From contig JBIIPY010000002.1 of assembly GCA_044342365.1 (NCBI GenBank), positions 34,711 to 98,710 on the forward strand: a stretch of 64,000 nt of DNA, in the 5' to 3' direction. The notes beneath the pieces were generated by a model. The model was given only the letters and a program-made list of their open reading frames with translations, was not told where the DNA came from and did no database searches. The DNA is from Ferruginibacter sp. (GTDB lineage: Bacteria > Bacteroidota > Bacteroidia > Chitinophagales > Chitinophagaceae). How positions within the stretch are numbered: position 1 is the first letter of the stretch; the number at the start of each line of letters is the position of its first letter. Of the stretch, positions 58,407 through 64,000 are shown piece by piece. Made by a program: the position numbers and the translations under genes.

Positions 58407-59597
58407 ATGAGCAACGCAACACAACTCATTCACAGCATTACCTGCGACCCCCAAACGGGTGCACTCAGCGTGCCCATTTACCAAACCAGCACATTTGTGC
58501 AGGAAGCGCCCGGTGTAAACCGAGGCTACGATTATGCCCGCTCTAACAATCCAACCAGAGCAACTTTGGAAAATTTGGTAGCCTCTTTAGAAAAAGGTGA
58601 AATTGCCTCAGCCTTTGGCAGTGGTTTGGCCGCTATAGATGCTGTAGTAAAACTGCTGAAAACAGGCGATGAGATACTGGCGGTAGATGATATTTATGGC
58701 GGTGCTTTTCGCCTGTTTACGCAGATATATGAAAAGTTTGGCATCAAGGTAAATTACGTAGACACCAGTAATGCCGAAAATATTTTTAATGCCATTACAC
58801 CCAACACAAAATTAATTTGGCTGGAAACCCCCACCAATCCCACTTTAAAAATAAGCGACATACGGGCCATTGCAAATATTGCAAAGGCGCATTCCTGTTT
58901 ACTTTGCGTGGATAATACTTTTGCATCACCTGCCCTGCAACAGCCTCTCACGCTGGGAGCTGATCTTGTAGTGCACAGCGCCACCAAGTACATGGGTGGC
59001 CACAGCGATTTGATTGCTGGAATCGTAGTAGCCAAAACAAAAGAGCTGGGTGAAAAAATTCGATTTTTTCAAAATGCCACTGGCGCAATCCTTGGCCCGT
59101 TTGATAGCTGGCTGGTCATTCGTGGTTTAGAAACATTGCACTTACGCATCAAACAACATGGTAGCAATGCACAAGCAGTAGCTGAATTTTTGGAAACACA
59201 TCCCGCAGTAGACAAAGTGTTTTACCCAGGTTTGCCCTCTCATCCCAATCACGACATTGCTACCAAACAAAGTAAGGGTTATGGTGGAATTGTATCGTTT
59301 ACATTAAAAAATGACACCGATGCTGCAGCCATTGAGTTGGTAACAGCCACCCATTATTTTAAACTAGCAGAAAGCCTTGGTGGTATCAAAAGTTTGGTAT
59401 CGCACCCCGCCAACATGACGCACAAATCTATCCTTGCTCCCATTAGAAGAGCAGCCGGCGTTGCAGATAGTTTAATCAGGCTGAGCGTGGGATTAGAAGA
59501 TGCCGAAGATTTAATAGAAGACCTGCAACAAGCACTCAATCCATTATCTCCCATCAATGATCCACTTCCACAAGAAAAGGCAGTGCCGTTTTGTTAA
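58407..59597 (+). CDS. Cys/Met metabolism PLP enzyme (cystathionine gamma-synthase / beta-lyase, MetB/MetC-like)
   Basis: [52 protein letters not shown] and IRLSVGLE. True start MSNAT; the track's upstream extension runs through the riboswitch. Confidence 0.93.
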   Translation: MSNATQLIHSITCDPQTGALSVPIYQTSTFVQEAPGVNRGYDYARSNNPTRATLENLVASLEKGEIASAFGSGLAAIDAVVKLLKTGDEILAVDDIYGGAFRLFTQIYEKFGIKVNYVDTSNAENIFNAITPNTKLIWLETPTNPTLKISDIRAIANIAKAHSCLLCVDNTFASPALQQPLTLGADLVVHSATKYMGGHSDLIAGIVVAKTKELGEKIRFFQNATGAILGPFDSWLVIRGLETLHLRIKQHGSNAQAVAEFLETHPAVDKVFYPGLPSHPNHDIATKQSKGYGGIVSFTLKNDTDAAAIELVTATHYFKLAESLGGIKSLVSHPANMTHKSILAPIRRAAGVADSLIRLSVGLEDAEDLIEDLQQALNPLSPINDPLPQEKAVPFC

Positions 59598-59627
59598 TCA
59601 TTTACCGCAATAAAATCACTCTTTTAT

Positions 59628-60911
59628 ATGTCAAATTTAAATAAAATCCCCGCCTTACCTGCATCCAAAACTTTAACACTGGGCGTTGTAGGTTTCGGCG
59701 TTGTAGGAAAGGGATTGTACGATGTGTTGCAATCTTCACCGGCATTACAAGCCAGCATCAAAAAGATTTGCATCAAAAACCCCACAAAAAAAAGAGCCAT
59801 TCCCGAGCATCATTTTACGACCGATGTAAACGAATTACTCAACGATGAAAGCATCAACGTAATTGTTGAATTAATTGATGACGCAGATGCCGCGTACCAC
59901 ATTGTAAAATCGGCTTTGCAAAAAGGGAAGGCTGTGGTGAGCGCCAATAAAAAAATGATCGCGGCCCATTTTGAGGAATTGTTGCACCTCCAACACCAGC
60001 ACAATACTGCCTTTTTATACGAGGCGGCCTGTTGTGCAAGTATCCCCATCATTAGAAATTTAGAAGAATATTACGACAATGATTTACTCTCATCTGTAAA
60101 AGGAATTTTAAATGGTAGTACCAACTTTATCCTCACCAAAATATTTCAGGATGGACTTACTTTTAAAGACGCTTTGATGAAAGCACAACAATTGGGTTTT
60201 GCAGAAAGCAATCCAGCATTGGATATTGAAGGGCACGACGCAGCCAATAAATTATCGATCCTGCTCGCCCATGCATTTGGCAACATAGCTGCCCCTGATA
60301 CTTTTCTATACAACGGCATTACATCCATCAAAGCCACCGATGCTGTTTTTGCCAGTCAGAAAAATCTCAGTATTAAACTGGTAGCTACTGCACAAAAAAT
60401 AAACGATACCCAACTGGCAGCATTTGTATTGCCTCAATTTGTAGAAGCCATTGATGAATTATTCAATGTATCCAATGAATTTAACGGACTCATCACAGAA
60501 AGTAGTTTTGCCGATAAACATTTTTTTAAAGGTAAAGGAGCCGGCGCATATCCTACAGCTGCAGCAGTTTTGAGTGATATTGCCGCGCTTCGTTATCAGT
60601 ACAAATATGAATACAAAAAATACCTTCAGCAGCAAAAACCCATTCTTACCAACGATTATTACTTGAAGGTATTTGTGAGTGCGGACGAAATAAATAAAAT
60701 AGAGAAGGCCGAATTTGAATGGATGGAAGAGTGGCACAACCAAGCCCACAACAATTGGTTGATTGGAATCATTCATGCTCAAAAATTGATTGCAAACCAT
60801 TGGTGGAAACAAGATGGGGTATCATTGATTTTGCACCAACAACCCATCGTACAAAATACAGCGTACCGAAAAATTGGAAAAAGAAGCTTGGAACTGGCTG
60901 GGGTGGTGTAA
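59628..60911 (+). CDS. hom: Homoserine dehydrogenase
   Basis: GVVGFGVVGKG, VVSANKK, YEAACCASIPII, GILNGSTNFIL, AQQLGFAESNPALDIEG.DAANK and GKGAG.YPTA. Confidence 0.93.
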   Translation: MSNLNKIPALPASKTLTLGVVGFGVVGKGLYDVLQSSPALQASIKKICIKNPTKKRAIPEHHFTTDVNELLNDESINVIVELIDDADAAYHIVKSALQKGKAVVSANKKMIAAHFEELLHLQHQHNTAFLYEAACCASIPIIRNLEEYYDNDLLSSVKGILNGSTNFILTKIFQDGLTFKDALMKAQQLGFAESNPALDIEGHDAANKLSILLAHAFGNIAAPDTFLYNGITSIKATDAVFASQKNLSIKLVATAQKINDTQLAAFVLPQFVEAIDELFNVSNEFNGLITESSFADKHFFKGKGAGAYPTAAAVLSDIAALRYQYKYEYKKYLQQQKPILTNDYYLKVFVSADEINKIEKAEFEWMEEWHNQAHNNWLIGIIHAQKLIANHWWKQDGVSLILHQQPIVQNTAYRKIGKRSLELAGVV

Positions 60912-61137
60912 TTTTTTGTAATTGGAGAAATGGCGTTACACATTGAATGTTGGATATTTTATACCCGTTTAGCCTACAAAACAGCCGTTTGATAAACCTG
61001 TCTTGTTTTTTGACAGGGATAAATTTTATCAATTTTAAACAACCCTGCACTGTTAAAAACATCTGTGGCATTATACTTGGGTTACACTGCTTTACATTAA
61101 AGCATGAAATATGATATTATTTGTGATTAAAAAAAAC

Positions 61138-61596
61138 ATGGGTGCAAAATTATTGGCATTATCGCTTCTCTTAGTAGGTTTGGTTTCTTGTAACAGCAGT
61201 AGAAACAGCATAGCCATAGAAGAAGGTTGGGAATTAATTGGCGAAAGCAAAGCCAATTTTGTGAGAGACAGAGATGTAATTGATGTGGTGAATGCCAACC
61301 GTTATACAACTGTGAGATACAAAGTTCTCAATAAAGATGTAAGAATACAAGACATGAAAGTGGTATTTCCTAATGGCGACAAGTTAACGCCCGTTATCAA
61401 TGCCAACCTCGTAGAAGGGCAATACAGCAAAGACATTGAATTGGGGGCAGACGGCAAACAAATTCGTAGCATTGAGTTCAGCTATCGTTCTAGAGGAAGT
61501 ATCTTTAAAGGAAGAGCAAAAGTACTGGTGTTTGGGAAAAGATATGTGCAGGCTTATTATCCGGTGCCGGTTCCAACTCAATATTATAAAGCTTGA
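61138..61596 (+). CDS. Lipoprotein, possibly DUF2541/YaaI-like beta-sandwich
   Basis: Lipobox LVSC; WELIG...DRDVI.V...MKVVFPNGD...IRSIEFSY pattern. Confidence 0.6.
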   Translation: MGAKLLALSLLLVGLVSCNSSRNSIAIEEGWELIGESKANFVRDRDVIDVVNANRYTTVRYKVLNKDVRIQDMKVVFPNGDKLTPVINANLVEGQYSKDIELGADGKQIRSIEFSYRSRGSIFKGRAKVLVFGKRYVQAYYPVPVPTQYYKA

Positions 61597-61623
61597 GAAA
61601 ACAGCCAATAACATTGTAGGCTT

Positions 61624-61649
61624 AAAACCCCATTTAATAATGGGCTTTT
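61624..61649. terminator. Terminator-like hairpin between convergent genes
   Basis: AAAACCCCATT...AATGGGCTTTT. Confidence 0.55.
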
Positions 61650-61654
61650 GTTAT

Positions 61655-62191
61655 TTAAGCTTTCTTTTGATGCCATTCATTTTCTAAGATACCCATTTCT
61701 ATGAGGCTCCACCATTTGCCCTCATGCAATAAAACCTCCCGCAAGGTACCTTCGATGCTAAAACCTGCGGCCTGGTAGCATTTTAAAGCAGCTGTATTGT
61801 AGTCGTACACACCTAAACTGATGCGGTGTAATTGCATTTCATCGAAACCAATTTTTAATACTTCTGTGATCATTTGTTTGCAATAACCTTTGCCCTTGTT
61901 GGCGGCGTCCCCAATGAGTACTCTGCTTATTCTGGCACTTTTATTTTTTCTGCTGATGCCACCCAATGAAATATGACCAATGGTTTCACCGGTTTCTGTT
62001 TCCACAGCTTTGTATACCAGTGCACCTGAAGTATTCAAATCATTGGTATCACCCAAGTACCATTCCATACTGCTTTGGGTGAGGGGGAAACTAAATAGGG
62101 AACCCGACCAACTGATGAGCAATGATTCTGTGTCGATCCATTGCATGAGTTGTTCAAAATCATCTTTGGTAAAAAATTCCAATTTGATCAT
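61655..62191 (-). CDS. GNAT acetyltransferase (RimJ/RimL-like)
   Basis: IGHISL, ARISRVLIG..NKGKGYC, HRISLGVYDYNTAALKCYQAAGF and EGTLRE. Confidence 0.88.
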   Translation of the reverse strand: MIKLEFFTKDDFEQLMQWIDTESLLISWSGSLFSFPLTQSSMEWYLGDTNDLNTSGALVYKAVETETGETIGHISLGGISRKNKSARISRVLIGDAANKGKGYCKQMITEVLKIGFDEMQLHRISLGVYDYNTAALKCYQAAGFSIEGTLREVLLHEGKWWSLIEMGILENEWHQKKA

Positions 62192-62271
62192 AACGGGTTA
62201 AAATAAATTGATGGCTATAAAAATGCTGGGCAAATGTAAATGAACGCCCATCAATCGAAGAAAAATTTTTA

Positions 62272-63015
62272 TTAGAGCGCTTGTTTCATGAGAGGTGCCA
62301 ACAAAGCCGCCCATCGACCGTATTGTATGCCGGATGGATGCAGTCCATCCGAAGCATGTAGACTTTGATTGGTTCTGCCTTCTCTAGATATGGGAGTGAT
62401 ATCGATGTAGGTTACGCCAGCTGCTGTGGTAATAGTTTTATTGATAGCATTGAACTCATTAATCTGTTGAGAAATATAGGCAGTATCGCTGTTGATGGCA
62501 TAAGGGGTAACGGAATAGTCTGGAATAGACAATACAAATACCCGATTTCGTCTGTTTCCTGCGTAGGCAATGGAGCGGTTGAGCAGGGTCGTAAACTCTG
62601 CTCTGTATTCATCTTTGCTTCTTCCTTGAAACTGGTTGTTGACGCCAATGAGTAAGGTTACAAAATCGAATCCATTTCCGGGATTGTTAAAGTTAAGCGC
62701 ATCCAGCAGGTTCCCTGTTGTCCAACCGGTAGTGGCTACTACAGTTAGTTGTTGAATGGTGACTTGCTCGTTTGCCAATAGCAATGTTGCTTGCACTGGA
62801 AAACGTTGATTGGTGGGTACAGATTGACCAATGGTATAAGAATCGCCCAATGCGAGGTATTTGTAGGTTGGCGGAGGCGGGGGTACACTATCGATGGGAA
62901 TTGGAATAATGGGTTCTGTGATGATTTGCTTCTCTGTGCAAGCAGAAAACAACAACATCATCAACAAAGAAAATAAGCTGATGTAGGAAGCGATGTAGTT
63001 TTTTGTTAGACCCAT
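62272..63015 (-). CDS. SGNH/GDSL hydrolase, probable lipoprotein
   Basis: YLALGDSYTIG, TGWTT, LIGVNNQ and DGLHPS; lipobox FSAC. Confidence 0.9.
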   Translation of the reverse strand: MGLTKNYIASYISLFSLLMMLLFSACTEKQIITEPIIPIPIDSVPPPPPTYKYLALGDSYTIGQSVPTNQRFPVQATLLLANEQVTIQQLTVVATTGWTTGNLLDALNFNNPGNGFDFVTLLIGVNNQFQGRSKDEYRAEFTTLLNRSIAYAGNRRNRVFVLSIPDYSVTPYAINSDTAYISQQINEFNAINKTITTAAGVTYIDITPISREGRTNQSLHASDGLHPSGIQYGRWAALLAPLMKQAL

Positions 63016-63082
63016 CTTTTATAAGTATGCTATTTTGAATTGGAATGTTTGTAAATATTACAACAGTATTCTCTGACAAATG

Positions 63083-63667
63083 TTAAAAAACACGAATCAC
63101 TTTCACAAAACGAGGTATAAAATAACTATTGAGTGAACTGATCATTACCCCTTTTCCACCCCCAGAAGCTGCATGAATGAAAAATACATCCTGTTGGGTA
63201 TTTTTAGTAACAATACCCATATGCCCTACCACGCCCGACTTCGCATCGCTCCCTGTAAATAAAATCAAGTCGCCCTCTTTGCTATCTTTAATGGGAACTT
63301 CTTTACCTGCATTGGTAAAATCGACCGTAGTTCTAGGCACTTTTACGTTAAAATGATTGAACACATAATTGATGAAACCAGAACAATCGAAACCGTTTTC
63401 CTTTTTCATTGATCCATATTTGTAAGGCACCCCCAACAATGTTTTAGAAAACTGAACAACAGCACCAGCGCTTACATTTTTGGTATCGATTTTTATGGCT
63501 GGAACTTCCTTTTTAATTACTACACTGCTCTTCATCGATGCTAGGGTTCGGGAGGTGCTGCTGACAGATTTTTTACTACTGCTACAAGCGCTCATCAAAA
63601 ACAATAGAGATAGCAATAATGCGCAACAAAAAGGGAGTGATTGATATTTTCGCAATAGATATACCAT
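63083..63667 (-). CDS. NlpC/P60 (C40) peptidoglycan endopeptidase lipoprotein
   Basis: LLGVPYKYG, GFDCSGF, GDLILF, GHMGI and FIHAAS; lipobox MSAC. Confidence 0.92.
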   Translation of the reverse strand: MVYLLRKYQSLPFCCALLLSLLFLMSACSSSKKSVSSTSRTLASMKSSVVIKKEVPAIKIDTKNVSAGAVVQFSKTLLGVPYKYGSMKKENGFDCSGFINYVFNHFNVKVPRTTVDFTNAGKEVPIKDSKEGDLILFTGSDAKSGVVGHMGIVTKNTQQDVFFIHAASGGGKGVMISSLNSYFIPRFVKVIRVF

Positions 63668-64000
63668 TATAACCTGCGGATGTTGATGATACGAATTTTG
63701 TCTATAAAACTTTCTCCATTGCTTTTTTTGTTTTGAATTTTAGACAGCACATCCATTCCTTCTACCACATTTCCGAAAGCGGCATAGCCTAAACCATCGG
63801 AGCCTACCCGGCTGCTGCTGTCAAATTGTTGTTGGTCGCCCACACAAATAAAAAATTCGGTAGTTGCTGAACCGGGGGTAGTTCTTGCCATAGAAATGGT
63901 ACCGCTTGTGTGGGACAAACCCGTTACCCTTGGCGACTCATGTTCGGTACCCTTCAACTGTTGATGAAGAGCTGGGTTGCTGTGAAAAATACCCCCTTGA
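63667..64000 (-). CDS. Cyclophilin-type peptidyl-prolyl isomerase, 3' part (5' end outside window)
   Basis: Frame is open to the window edge (QGG...). Motifs HTSGTISMAR..PGSATTEFFICVGD and GYAAFGNVVEGMDV. The stop overlaps the next start (TAATG). Confidence 0.88.
   Translation of the reverse strand, partial: QGGIFHSNPALHQQLKGTEHESPRVTGLSHTSGTISMARTTPGSATTEFFICVGDQQQFDSSSRVGSDGLGYAAFGNVVEGMDVLSKIQNKKSNGESFIDKIRIINIRRL

Noticed and set aside
60769-61071. 100-aa minus-strand ORF after hom
   Set aside because: It overlaps hom antisense and a terminator-like hairpin and has no motif.
1-64000. tRNA, rRNA, transposase, integrase, phage or defence genes
   Set aside because: None was recognised by eye on either strand; tRNAscan-SE and HMM searches would be needed to exclude weak cases.

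Overview
64 kb of core-like bacterial chromosome with Bacteroidota hallmarks: TAnnTTTG -7 promoter boxes, A-rich leaders without Shine-Dalgarno, and many lipoproteins. A Chitinophagaceae-like origin is my inference. About 45 CDSs are supported. Housekeeping genes: secA, stand-alone atpG, scpB, lysA, maeB, mlaEF, sucD, aspS, rarA, uvrA, and a SAM-I riboswitch-controlled met operon. There is an 8-gene surface-glycan locus (two methyltransferases, three GTs, wecB, YfhO, atypical SDR). There are two alpha-2-macroglobulins: one with an intact CLEQ thioester in an A2M-pbpC-papain protease cluster, the other with the motif replaced by NADQ. No tRNA, rRNA, CRISPR or transposase was seen. The best candidate for an undescribed system is 46222-48750: an acidic lipoprotein, an RGG-tail lipoprotein and a glutathionylspermidine-synthase-like ATP-grasp ligase. 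Its two spacers hold a ~23-copy 16-bp VNTR and long inverted heptad arms, and it faces a gene for a protein with an isolated HPD (J-domain-like) motif. Other highlights are a 142-bp structured MITE-like element present twice in inverted orientation, a G11 tract in a secreted metalloprotease, an unannotated 31-aa ORF, a Flavo-1-like RNA, and a cryptic L,D-transpeptidase-like protein. All calls come from reading motifs by eye; no searches were run.
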